DNA of 64,000 bases from a bacterium (GTDB lineage Bacteria > RUG730). The position numbers and the translations under genes were made by a program. The notes under the pieces were generated by a model. That model did no database searches, was not told the DNA's origin, and saw only the letters and a program-made list of their open reading frames with translations. The stretch's first letter is position 1. The number at the start of each line of letters is the position of its first letter. Of this stretch, positions 50,421-60,116 are shown in pieces. The DNA lies in NCBI GenBank assembly GCA_031551405.1, contig JAVBNQ010000006.1, positions 1-64,000 on the forward strand, read 5' to 3'.

Positions 50421-51101
50421 ATGTTAATTTTAGTTGTGATTTTATTAATTATTTCGTTTTTTTTGAATTTTTTTATTGGTTTAAAAATTTTGCGAAAAAA
50501 TATTTTTATTCTCGATAAAACTGTTTTAATCGATACAAATTTTTTGAAAATTTTAGAAAATCCGATTTTTACAAATCAAAATTTGGAAATTATAATTCCG
50601 AAATTTGTAGTCGAACATTTTGAAGAATTTTTGAAATCAAAAAATATTATCGATTTTGAGATGGGAAATGCGGCACTTGAAAACGTAAATTTTTTAGAGC
50701 AAAACAAGAATTTGGAATTTAAAATTGTAGGCGTGAATCGTGAAAATTTGCTTCCACAAGACGCGCAAATTTTGAGTCTGGCGAAAAAGTATAAAGCGAA
50801 AATACTTACAAATGATTTTGAGCTTTATTTAAAAGCAAAACTTTCTAACGTGAAAATTATAAATTTGGGAAGAATAAAAGAACTGTTTCAGGAAAAAATT
50901 AAACTTGGCGATATTTTGTCAGTATATTTGTTTTCACGAGAAGGAAATTTTGTAATATCATATTTTCACGACGGAACCAAGGTTTTGGTGGAAGATGCGA
51001 AAGACTATTTACATAAAAAAATTTTGTGTAAGATTTATAAAATTTCAAAAAATTTGGACGAAGGAAGAATTTTTGCAAAATTTATGAAAATCGACGATTA
51101 A
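50421..51101 (+). CDS. Divergent PIN/TRAM domain membrane protein (YacL-like)
   Basis: One N-terminal TM, ILDKTVLID, IIPKFVV, ILTNDF, YFHDGTKVLVEDA, RIFAK. Confidence 0.68.
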   Translation: MLILVVILLIISFFLNFFIGLKILRKNIFILDKTVLIDTNFLKILENPIFTNQNLEIIIPKFVVEHFEEFLKSKNIIDFEMGNAALENVNFLEQNKNLEFKIVGVNRENLLPQDAQILSLAKKYKAKILTNDFELYLKAKLSNVKIINLGRIKELFQEKIKLGDILSVYLFSREGNFVISYFHDGTKVLVEDAKDYLHKKILCKIYKISKNLDEGRIFAKFMKIDD

Positions 51102-51178
51102 AAATTTTACAAGCGAATTACGGAATTTATAGATTTTTTGGATTGTGCTAGATTTTTGTATTTTTGGTAGATAGATTT

Positions 51179-53194
51179 ATGAAAAAATTTTTTATTACAT
51201 TTTTTACTGTTTTATTTTTTGCGTCGGCACTTTTTTCGAGTATTCAACGTTTTACTCCCGATGCGAGAAATAGCGTTTTGAAAAATGTTGCTTCGTTCGA
51301 TGATGGATTTTATTCGATATACAACCCTAGTTTTCATTCGAAAAATTATGGATTTAGTGCGTCATATGTTCCAATGGAATATGACGAAAATCTAAGCCAC
51401 CTTTTGTTTAATTTCCCTCTAAAAAATTATTTTTTTCAGGCTGATTATTCGCGTTTCTTGAGTCAAGGAATAGAAATTTGGGACAAAGAAGGCGTGTTTG
51501 TAAAAAATAGTGATTACGACGAGTCGCTAATTTCCCTAAATTTGATAAAACAATTCGTTATTAATAATCGAAATTTTGATCTTGGTTTTAGATATCACTA
51601 TAATGAGGCGAGTTTCCTCGACGATCAAATTTATTCGAAAAATTATTTTGACGTCGGGATAAAAACTATTTTGAAAAACGATTTTGCGTTTGGATTTTCA
51701 CTTCTGGAAATTGGCGATGAAGATGAAAAAATAGCTCTTGGTCTTGCAAAAAATTGGATTTTTGATTGGTACGCGTCGATATTTCAGGCAACAAATAAGA
51801 ATGATTTTCAGTATTCGCTGTCTGGAGAGAAAAAGGTTTCGAAAAATTTTAGCGTTTTATTTGGCATCGACGAAGATTTAATATCTAGCGACTCAGATTT
51901 TATGTCCGGAATAAATCTAGGAGCCAGTTTTAATTTCAAAAATTTTGTAATCGAGTATGCATTTTCAAAACGTGGAGAGCTCGGATTTTTGAATTATTTT
52001 ACGTTTAGATACAATTTTGACAGCTTGAATTCGTCGCAGAAAACAGAAAATAAAATAGAAAATGTAGATATGAAAATTGCTGAAACAACTGATACAGAAG
52101 TGAAAAAATACAAGGTAGGAGTTTCGTTTTCCGACGCAAAAGGCTATGGCTCTGATATCCAAGATTTGATAATAAAAAATTTGAAAACGGAAAAAGCTCT
52201 TGATGTTTTGTCTGCTAAAGAATTCGAAAATCTAATGACTGAAGAGACTAATCCACAAGTAATTGATATTTTGATCTCGTACAATCTTATTTCACAAAAG
52301 GATTTTTACACTCTTGAGATTGAGTATTTTGATACTCAAGTGAAAAAAGTTATTTTTCAAAATACGAGCGAGCTTTACCGATTACGAAATATCGCATCTA
52401 ATGTTCGAAAAATGGTGATTGAGTTTCTGGCTGGAAATCAAGATTTGATACTTGACGGCAGATTGGAAAATAATATTGCGGCGTCTTCCCCACCTGAAAT
52501 AGAAGGAACGAGCGGGCAGTCGAGCGGCCAAACAAATGAGCAAGCGAATGTTCAAATCGAACCTGAGACTGAAGATGACGCTCTAAATTATGTTGCTATC
52601 GAGTCAAAAATCGAAAAACTTGAAAATCCAGAAGTTCTCTTAGACGATAAAAACATGCAGGAAAACTTGCAAAATGTAGAAATTGCAAAACCTGAGCAAA
52701 AAGCGATTGTAGAAAATGTCGACGGGAATTATAAAGCGGATGCCCAACCAGAAATTCTTGCAACGCAGGATTTGGGGATTTTCGAGTCTGAACAAAAAGT
52801 AGTTTCTGATGACAAAGCCGAAAAACTTGAAAATTTACAAGTTCTTTTAGATGATAAAAACATGCAGGAAAACTTGCAAAATGTAGAAATTGTAAAACCT
52901 GAGCAAAAAGCGATTGTAGAAAATGTCGACGAGAATTATAAAGCGGATGCTCAACCTGAAATTCTTGCAACGCAAAAATTTGAAATCTTTGAGCCTGAAC
53001 AAAATGTTGTTTCTGCAGACAAAATAGAAGAAAATGGTAACCTTCAGGTCTTCTCAGATGACAAAAGTATAGAAGAAAAAACAGAAAATATAGAAGTTGT
53101 AAATTTTGAGGAAAAATCGTTTACGGAAAATGTCGACGAGAATTACAAGGATCTTGAAACTTATATTGAAAATTTAAAAAAGACAAAAAAGTAA
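51179..53194 (+). CDS. Exported PorV/PorQ-like beta-barrel protein with acidic C-terminal repeats
   Basis: Signal peptide, DAR..., YSIYNPS, FDVGI, LGASFNF..IEYAF..GELG; C-terminal 69-aa repeats. Confidence 0.55.
   Translation: MKKFFITFFTVLFFASALFSSIQRFTPDARNSVLKNVASFDDGFYSIYNPSFHSKNYGFSASYVPMEYDENLSHLLFNFPLKNYFFQADYSRFLSQGIEIWDKEGVFVKNSDYDESLISLNLIKQFVINNRNFDLGFRYHYNEASFLDDQIYSKNYFDVGIKTILKNDFAFGFSLLEIGDEDEKIALGLAKNWIFDWYASIFQATNKNDFQYSLSGEKKVSKNFSVLFGIDEDLISSDSDFMSGINLGASFNFKNFVIEYAFSKRGELGFLNYFTFRYNFDSLNSSQKTENKIENVDMKIAETTDTEVKKYKVGVSFSDAKGYGSDIQDLIIKNLKTEKALDVLSAKEFENLMTEETNPQVIDILISYNLISQKDFYTLEIEYFDTQVKKVIFQNTSELYRLRNIASNVRKMVIEFLAGNQDLILDGRLENNIAASSPPEIEGTSGQSSGQTNEQANVQIEPETEDDALNYVAIESKIEKLENPEVLLDDKNMQENLQNVEIAKPEQKAIVENVDGNYKADAQPEILATQDLGIFESEQKVVSDDKAEKLENLQVLLDDKNMQENLQNVEIVKPEQKAIVENVDENYKADAQPEILATQKFEIFEPEQNVVSADKIEENGNLQVFSDDKSIEEKTENIEVVNFEEKSFTENVDENYKDLETYIENLKKTKK
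52613..53150 (+). repeat. In-frame tandem repeat, 207-bp unit, about 2.6 copies
   Basis: Copies start at 52613, 52820 and (degenerate) 53027; unit EKLENPEVLLDDKNMQENLQNVEIAKPEQKAIVENVDGNYKADAQPEILATQ... Confidence 0.9.
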
Positions 53195-53212
53195 ATTTTT
53201 CTGGAGGTAATT

Positions 53213-54478
53213 TTGGACAAACTTTTGATTGAAGGCGGGAATAAGTTAGTCGGAGAAGTTGAAATAAGCGGTTCAAAAAACGCGTCTTTGCCAATATTTT
53301 TTGCGACTTTATTGACGGACAAAGTTGTAATTTTAAAAAATGTTCCAAAATTAAAAGACATACAAACGACTGTGAAGTTGCTAGAGTATTTGGGCAAAAA
53401 AATTGAGATTAGTCAGGATTTTGTTAAGATTTCGCAAACAGAAAATATATCTACGGAAGCTCCTTATGAACTTGTGAAGCAGATGCGAGCGTCGGCTCTC
53501 GTGATTGGTCCTATTTTGGCGAGATACTCTCGAGTCAAGGCTTCGTTACCTGGAGGTTGCGCTATAGGTGCGAGACCTATCAACCTGCATCTCGAGGGTT
53601 TTAAGAAAATGGGAGCAAATGTTGCGTTACAGGAAGGATATGTTTTCGTCGAGGCTGAAAAACTTTTCGGCGCAAAAATAGTTTTGGATTATCCGAGTGT
53701 AGGAGCGACGGAAAACATAGGGATGGCTGCTGTTCTAGCGCAGGGGACTACGATTCTCGAGAATATTGCGAGAGAGCCTGAGATTCAAGATCTTTGTGAT
53801 TTTTTGAATAAGTTAGGAGCGTCGATTGACGGTATCGGAACAAATGTTCTGACGATTAAAGGTGTTGAAAAATTAAACGGTTGCGAGCACAGAATTATTC
53901 CGGATAGGATCGAGGCCGGGACTTTTATGTTAGCTGCAGCTGTGACAAAAGGGTCTGTCGTCATAAAAAATGCAAATCACGAGCATCTAGAATTTTTGAT
54001 TGAAAAAATGAAGGAAGCGGGCGTAGAAATCACTGTTGAAAAAACCGGGATTTTTGATGATATTCGAGTGAAAGGAGCTGGCGAAATTAAGCCTGTTAGT
54101 ATCGAGACAATGCCATACCCCGGATTCCCTACGGATATGCAGGCACAATGGGCGTTATTTATGTCGTTGGCGTCGGGGCAAAGCATTATCACAGAAACGG
54201 TTTTTGAGAATCGGTTCATGCATATTCCAGAGCTAGTTCGTATGGGCGCTGAAATAAGTATCCGGGGAAATAGTCTGTTCATTAACGGGAAAGCGAAGCT
54301 GAGCGGCGCGCAAGTTATGGCCACGGATTTACGGGCGTCTGCTTCGCTAGTTTTGGCGGGATTGGCAGCCCAAGGAAAGACGGAGATTTCGAGAATTTAT
54401 CACCTAGATAGAGGTTACGAAAATATCGAGACAAAACTTCAAAAACTCGGCGGAAAAATTACGCGACAAAAAGAATAA
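53213..54478 (+). CDS. murA: UDP-N-acetylglucosamine 1-carboxyvinyltransferase
   Basis: SGSKNASLP, MRAS, LPGGCAIGARP, SVGATEN, PGFPTDMQ, TDLRA, HLDRGYE; TTG start with GGAGGT SD. Confidence 0.97.
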   Translation: MDKLLIEGGNKLVGEVEISGSKNASLPIFFATLLTDKVVILKNVPKLKDIQTTVKLLEYLGKKIEISQDFVKISQTENISTEAPYELVKQMRASALVIGPILARYSRVKASLPGGCAIGARPINLHLEGFKKMGANVALQEGYVFVEAEKLFGAKIVLDYPSVGATENIGMAAVLAQGTTILENIAREPEIQDLCDFLNKLGASIDGIGTNVLTIKGVEKLNGCEHRIIPDRIEAGTFMLAAAVTKGSVVIKNANHEHLEFLIEKMKEAGVEITVEKTGIFDDIRVKGAGEIKPVSIETMPYPGFPTDMQAQWALFMSLASGQSIITETVFENRFMHIPELVRMGAEISIRGNSLFINGKAKLSGAQVMATDLRASASLVLAGLAAQGKTEISRIYHLDRGYENIETKLQKLGGKITRQKE

Positions 54479-54495
54479 CTCATGAGAGGCAAAAA

Positions 54496-54954
54496 ATGAA
54501 AATTTTGGTGATAAACGGACCAAATCTTTCTCTCCTTGGAAAAAGAGAGCCGGAAATTTATGGAAATCTAAGCCTAGATTTAATTTATCAAGATCTTGAA
54601 TGCGAGGCAAAAAAATTAGATAAAAATATTGTGTTTTCATTCTTTCAATCAGACATTGAGGGAGAAATCGTCGCAAAAATTGGAGATGCGTGGACAAACG
54701 AGAAAATTTCAGGTATACTACTAAATCCAGGGGCTTATACTCATACAAGTATTGCTATCCACGACGCCATAAAAGCTTGCGGGCTTCCTGTTGTAGAAAT
54801 TCATTTGTCTCATATTTTTAGACGTGAAGATTTTCGGCATACATCAATAATTTCTAGTGCTTGCGTCGGTCAAATTTCTGGTTTTGGCGGATATAGCTAC
54901 ATTTTGGGATTTTATGCGTTGGTAAATGTTTTGAGTCAGATTAAAAAGGATTAA
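54496..54954 (+). CDS. aroQ: Type II 3-dehydroquinate dehydratase
   Basis: INGPNLSLLGKREPEIYG, NPGAYTHTS, EIHLS, REDFRH. Confidence 0.95.
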   Translation: MKILVINGPNLSLLGKREPEIYGNLSLDLIYQDLECEAKKLDKNIVFSFFQSDIEGEIVAKIGDAWTNEKISGILLNPGAYTHTSIAIHDAIKACGLPVVEIHLSHIFRREDFRHTSIISSACVGQISGFGGYSYILGFYALVNVLSQIKKD

Positions 54955-55046
54955 TTTTTCAAAAAAGTACAAATTGAACTTTAGTAACCAGCGAAAAATT
55001 TAAATTTTAAAATAAATTTTGTATTGTAAATTTCGAGGAGAGTCTA

Positions 55047-57578
55047 ATGATTTGCAAAATTAACATATCAAAGTTTTTGCTTCTTTTTTTTGTTTTGTTT
55101 ATGAATTATTTTTGTTTTGCTGGAGATCTTGAAGAAGAAAAAATTTTGCTTTCACCAAATATCGATTTGAGTTTTGTAAAGACTGAAAATCAAATTACTG
55201 ATGGAACAAAAACTGATAACGATAAAAACACAACGTTTTTTCAGAGCGAAAATGTGCAGCAAGCAAATGGACTTTTTTTTGTTTACGAGTTATTTTTGGA
55301 TAAAAATTCATTTATAAAAAGTGACTCAATTAATGAGATGGCTTTAGAAAAATCGATTTTGAAAAATTACGCATATTTTGAAAAGCTCGAAAAAAATTTA
55401 AAAAACAAACCGATCTTGCTCACTTTTAAGCCTGTTTTTTTTGAATTTTTAAAGGCTTACGACGATTTTTTTGCGAATTTAAGAACAGCTGAAAAATTTT
55501 TTGAACTAAATAACAGAATAATTTCGGAAAAAGCTATCGATCGAAAATTAGAGACAAAAGATAAAATTTTTATTTTGAAAGCTGTAAAAAATTTGCCAGC
55601 TGATTTTGTGAATGAGCAAGTTGAATGCAAAAAATTAGTCGATAAAATCAACTATGAAATATTAAATTCAACTAATTCTACTCTGATTTCACAAAATTTA
55701 TCGAGTTTTAATAACGATTTTTTTATAAAAGTTTTGGTTTTTTATCATATTTTTTGGTTAGACGAGACGAGTCAAGAAAACTATTTGATAAAAACTATTT
55801 TAGAAAATTCTTCGAATTTAACGAAGAAAGATTTGCAAACTATACTCGATTATAAGCGAGAAATTATTGTAAAAACTGCAAAATTTTTCAGAAATTTGCC
55901 TAAAGATTGGAATTTTTTGATTTGTCCGTATTTTGAGCCGAGACTTGATATTTTATCTTCGAGCAATTTGACTTCGCATTTTAGTAACGGAGTAAACGTG
56001 AATTTGTCTTTGGACGCTTCGTGGCAAATAGCGCGTTCGTTTAAAGCGCATTCTGTGATTTTTTCGATGAAAAATCCGGCAGGAATCTTTGGAGAAATCA
56101 ATTTTGTCGACCAAAATATTATGAAAATTTTGAGTGCTAGAAATTACGAAATTGTCGTCAATAAAGTGGATTCAAAAAATAATGCGCCTGTTTTTTTGCA
56201 GACTGAATCCAAAAATCTTTACATGTTTTTTGCAAATATTTTTTTTAATTTTGATCAAAATGATTTTTTTGTTTTCCAAAATAAATATTCAGAGTTCCAA
56301 AAAAATAATGTCAATTCGATCTTGATTTTTGATTTGGAAAAATCAAACTTAAAAGTTGATGTTTTTAATGAGTTTGTCAGTCAAATTTCGAAAAATTGTC
56401 AGTTTTTAGATTTACTGGAATTTAGAAAAATTATTTTTAAAGATTTCCTTAAAACGCAAAATCCGCAAAATAAAGCTGCGATTCTTGAGCTTCCAGAAAA
56501 TGAGATTAAAAAAAATCACGATAAAATTACTGAAAATGCTATTGTAAATATTCTGAATATAAACGATCAAGATTTTTTGATTAATTTAGAATTTTTGCAG
56601 AAATTTTTCGATAGTGACGAGAAGAGAAATTATTGGATTTGGCTGAAAAGCGTACGTGCAAAGCTTGATGAAAAACGAAATAAAAACGAAATTGACGTAA
56701 AAATTTATACAGAAATTTTGAATGAAATTTATATTTTGGAGAGCAAAGTTTTTATCGAAAATCTGAATGATTTTGCGAGCTTGCTAAATCGAGAATTTCA
56801 GTATTTATCGCAAAAAATAAATGCAATTTTGAAACTTCAAAATTTGATGGAATTTTCGATGACTTCGAGGAAAAATAATTTGTTTTTCTTAGAGGATGAC
56901 AAGGGATTTTATTTGGAAGATTTTTTAAACGATGATTATGGCGACGGAAAATATGAATATCCTGATTCGCAAATATTAGTAAAAGGAATGCTCGATATAA
57001 AAAGCGCAAAAGTTTTCTACTCCGGAGACAATATAGTTTTCAAGTTTTCTATGGGGAAATTGAATAATTTCACAAATTCAAAATATGGTTTCTCTGGTAT
57101 TCAGCTCGATATTTATATCGATATGAACGGAAGAAAAGGTTTGGGAAATATTGCGCTTGCCGATAGTAGAAAAGCAGTTATGAAGCCAGAAAATGCTTGG
57201 GAGTATTTTATCTCGATCAATGGTTTACAGGGCGCAAAAATTTATCAATCGACGCAAGATCAGAAAATGAATGAAATAGCAAAATTGAGCATGAAAATTG
57301 AAAAAGACGAGGACGCGATTCTTGTCGTTGTGCCAAAAAAAATACTTGATGGAGATATTTTTGTGTGGAATTACGTTTTTTTATCTCTAGGTTTTGATGA
57401 TTCAAAAAGCGAAATTATAAAAGTGGAAAATTTGGTTTCTAAGACTTCGTTTGGTGGCAGACGCGACGAATATCAGACAAATATTATCGATATTATTTTG
57501 TCGCCGAATGTGAGGCAAGAAGAACTTTTTGCACCTAGAAAATCTGCTGCTGAAATTCCCGCTGTAAAAATAAATTAG
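55047..57578 (+). CDS. Exported protein with degenerate GH57-like region and C-terminal glucodextranase DOMON-like domain
   Basis: Signal peptide; C-terminal D..NDDYGDGKYEYP, LDI, GFSGIQLDIYID, AWEY, IIDI as in amylopullulanase C-terminal modules; remnant PYFEPRL..DA..QI. Confidence 0.6.
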   Translation: MICKINISKFLLLFFVLFMNYFCFAGDLEEEKILLSPNIDLSFVKTENQITDGTKTDNDKNTTFFQSENVQQANGLFFVYELFLDKNSFIKSDSINEMALEKSILKNYAYFEKLEKNLKNKPILLTFKPVFFEFLKAYDDFFANLRTAEKFFELNNRIISEKAIDRKLETKDKIFILKAVKNLPADFVNEQVECKKLVDKINYEILNSTNSTLISQNLSSFNNDFFIKVLVFYHIFWLDETSQENYLIKTILENSSNLTKKDLQTILDYKREIIVKTAKFFRNLPKDWNFLICPYFEPRLDILSSSNLTSHFSNGVNVNLSLDASWQIARSFKAHSVIFSMKNPAGIFGEINFVDQNIMKILSARNYEIVVNKVDSKNNAPVFLQTESKNLYMFFANIFFNFDQNDFFVFQNKYSEFQKNNVNSILIFDLEKSNLKVDVFNEFVSQISKNCQFLDLLEFRKIIFKDFLKTQNPQNKAAILELPENEIKKNHDKITENAIVNILNINDQDFLINLEFLQKFFDSDEKRNYWIWLKSVRAKLDEKRNKNEIDVKIYTEILNEIYILESKVFIENLNDFASLLNREFQYLSQKINAILKLQNLMEFSMTSRKNNLFFLEDDKGFYLEDFLNDDYGDGKYEYPDSQILVKGMLDIKSAKVFYSGDNIVFKFSMGKLNNFTNSKYGFSGIQLDIYIDMNGRKGLGNIALADSRKAVMKPENAWEYFISINGLQGAKIYQSTQDQKMNEIAKLSMKIEKDEDAILVVVPKKILDGDIFVWNYVFLSLGFDDSKSEIIKVENLVSKTSFGGRRDEYQTNIIDIILSPNVRQEELFAPRKSAAEIPAVKIN

Positions 57579-57625
57579 AGTTGTGAAAAAATTTAATTGA
57601 TAAGCAAAAATTTTTGCCAAAAAAT

Positions 57626-58546
57626 ATGCACAGAAATAAAAGTTATACCAAATATTCGCAATATCTAAAGTCGAAGTTTGGAGAAAGAGTTCAAAGAATT
57701 AGTGTTGACGCGGGTTTTTCCTGCCCTAATCAGTCTGACGGGAAATTAGGTTGCATTTATTGTAATAATGAGTCGTTTAATTTTGTAAAAAACAGAAATA
57801 TTCATTCTGACCTAAAAACTCAAATCGAAGCTGCCATAAAATATTCGAAAATTCGTTTCAAATCTGAAAAATTTATTCTCTATTTTCAATCAAATACAAA
57901 CACTTTTTCTGATATAAAAACGTTAAAAAAAACTTATGACATTATTAAAGAATTCGATGAATTTGTAGGTCTCAGCATTGCGACTAGACCGGATTGCATT
58001 GACGATGAGATTTTGGAGCTCATTGCTAGTTATCAGCGCGATTACGACGTGTGGCTAGAGTACGGTCTGCAATCTATTCATGACGAGACATTGACTTTAA
58101 TAAATCGTGGGCATAATTACGAGACATTTTTGAAGGCTTATGAGACGACGAAAAAGAAAAGTTTGAAAGTCTGTGCACATATCATTCTCGGATTGCCGAA
58201 TGAAACCGAGGAAAAGATACTCGAAACAGCAAACGAAATGACAAGACTCCAAATCGACGGACTAAAATTGCATCCAATGCATATCGTAAAAAATACTTCA
58301 CTCGAAAAAATTTATGGAAATTTTGAGTTTCATTTTTTTGAAGAAAGTAAATATATTGAAATTTTAGCGAATTTTTTGGGAAAATTAGATGAGGAAATCA
58401 TAATTCACGGAGTAATAGGCGCTTGTCCTCGTGAGCTCTTGCTGAAACCGACTTGGCTCAACAATAAAGATTTAATGCTTCAAAAAATTGAAGAATATAT
58501 GTATAATCATAAAATTTGGCAAGGGTCAAAAAAAGACGTTTTATGA
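57626..58546 (+). CDS. TIGR01212/YhcC-family radical SAM protein
   Basis: VDAGFSCPN..G..GCIYC, YFQSNTNT, TRPDC, EYGLQS, INRGH, HIILGLP, KLHPMH. Confidence 0.88.
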   Translation: MHRNKSYTKYSQYLKSKFGERVQRISVDAGFSCPNQSDGKLGCIYCNNESFNFVKNRNIHSDLKTQIEAAIKYSKIRFKSEKFILYFQSNTNTFSDIKTLKKTYDIIKEFDEFVGLSIATRPDCIDDEILELIASYQRDYDVWLEYGLQSIHDETLTLINRGHNYETFLKAYETTKKKSLKVCAHIILGLPNETEEKILETANEMTRLQIDGLKLHPMHIVKNTSLEKIYGNFEFHFFEESKYIEILANFLGKLDEEIIIHGVIGACPRELLLKPTWLNNKDLMLQKIEEYMYNHKIWQGSKKDVL

Positions 58547-59241
58547 AAACAAGTTTGAAAATTCCAAAACATATTGCGATAATTATGGATGGAAACGCGA
58601 GGTGGGCAGAGAAGAATAATCTGCCACTATTCAGAGGACACCAGCGAGGCGCGGAAATAATTAACGATATCGTCGCGCATTCAAAAAATATTGGCGTAAA
58701 ATTTTTGACGCTTTACGCTTTTTCGACAGAAAATTGGAGCAGGCCAAAAGAAGAAGTGGATTCTTTGATGGAACTGCTTTACACGTATTTGACCGGGAAA
58801 TTCGTAGCAAAGCTTATAAAAAATAATGTAAAACTTAACTTCTTGGGTGACATCACAAGATTGCCAAAAAAAGTTCAAGAAGAAATCAAAAATGTAGTCG
58901 AAAAGACGAAAAAATACGGTGATTTTGAGCTGAACATTGCAGTAAATTATGGAGCTCGCGATGAAATAGTTCGCGCTGTAAACAAGATTTTAACGTTAGG
59001 AATTTCTCGAATCGAAGCAGAAGATTTCGAGAATTATTTGGATACGAAGAATATTCCGGATCCGGAGCTTTTGATTCGGACTGCCGGGGAATTTCGGGTC
59101 AGCAATTTTTTGCTTTGGCAGATCGCGTACTCAGAAATTTTTGTTTCGAATATTTTTTGGCCGGATTTTAATGCTATTGAGTTAGATAAAGCGATCGAGT
59201 CATATAATTCTAGGAGTCGAAAGTTTGGAGGCAGAGTTTAA
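58543..59241 (+). CDS. uppS: Undecaprenyl diphosphate synthase
   Basis: PKHIAIIMDGNARWA, YAFSTENWSRP, NYGARDE, IRTAGE.RVSNFLLWQ. Confidence 0.96.
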   Translation: MKTSLKIPKHIAIIMDGNARWAEKNNLPLFRGHQRGAEIINDIVAHSKNIGVKFLTLYAFSTENWSRPKEEVDSLMELLYTYLTGKFVAKLIKNNVKLNFLGDITRLPKKVQEEIKNVVEKTKKYGDFELNIAVNYGARDEIVRAVNKILTLGISRIEAEDFENYLDTKNIPDPELLIRTAGEFRVSNFLLWQIAYSEIFVSNIFWPDFNAIELDKAIESYNSRSRKFGGRV

Positions 59242-60074
59242 TGAATTTTATTTTTAGGCTATTGACTGGAATTGTCGGCGGATTTTTGCTTTTATTTTTT
59301 GTTTATTTGGGATTTTTGCCATTCGCATTTTTTGTTGCATTTATTTCAATTTTGGCTTTATTGGAATACTATAGAATGTGTGAGCAAATTGATTTGAAAT
59401 GCTACAAAATAGTAGGAATTTTAAGTTCGCTTTGTATCTCGTTGATTTTTTTCCTAACAAAAGGTGATTTTGATGCTTCGTTTTTGAGTTTTGGATATTT
59501 TCAAATTTTGCTTGTAATTGTTTTAGTGACAGTTGGAACAATTGCAGTAATTTTTGTAAAAGACCGAGATTTAAAAGAAATATTTTTGAGTCTGGTTTCG
59601 ACGATTTTTGGTATTTTTTACGTTTCTTTTTTGTTTAATCATCTGATTTTGATTCGCGAAATACCGTTTTATGGTAAAAACTATGTTTTTATTCTGTTTT
59701 TTTGTGTTTGGGCACTTGATGTTTTCGCGTATATTTTCGGATTATTTTTTGGAAAAAGAAAATTGTCTAGCAGAATTAGCCCAAAAAAATCTATCGAGGG
59801 AAGTTTAGCCGGATTTTTTGCTGCAATAGTTTTTTGCCTTGTTTTTAATAAAATTTTTAACACAAATTTTGGTTTTAAACATAGCGTTATTATTGGAGCG
59901 ATTATTGGGATTTTTGGGCAAATTGGAGATTTATTCGAGTCGCTTATAAAAAGAAGCGCTAATCAAAAAGATTCAGGGAAAATTTTGCCTGGGCATGGCG
60001 GAATTTTGGATAGGTTTGATAGCATAATTTTTACTGCACCTTTGTTTTTTTATTACGTAAAATTTTTTGTTTAA
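59241..60074 (+). CDS. cdsA: Phosphatidate cytidylyltransferase
   Basis: ISPKKSIEG, GDLFESLIKR..KDSGKILPGHGGILDRFDS. Confidence 0.95.
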   Translation: MNFIFRLLTGIVGGFLLLFFVYLGFLPFAFFVAFISILALLEYYRMCEQIDLKCYKIVGILSSLCISLIFFLTKGDFDASFLSFGYFQILLVIVLVTVGTIAVIFVKDRDLKEIFLSLVSTIFGIFYVSFLFNHLILIREIPFYGKNYVFILFFCVWALDVFAYIFGLFFGKRKLSSRISPKKSIEGSLAGFFAAIVFCLVFNKIFNTNFGFKHSVIIGAIIGIFGQIGDLFESLIKRSANQKDSGKILPGHGGILDRFDSIIFTAPLFFYYVKFFV

Positions 60075-60116
60075 AGCGAGCGAAGAAAAAATCAAATATA
60101 AATTATAGACGACAAA

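Noticed and set aside
52613-53150. CRISPR array
   Set aside because: Repeat unit is 207 bp, in-frame within a CDS, with no unique spacers
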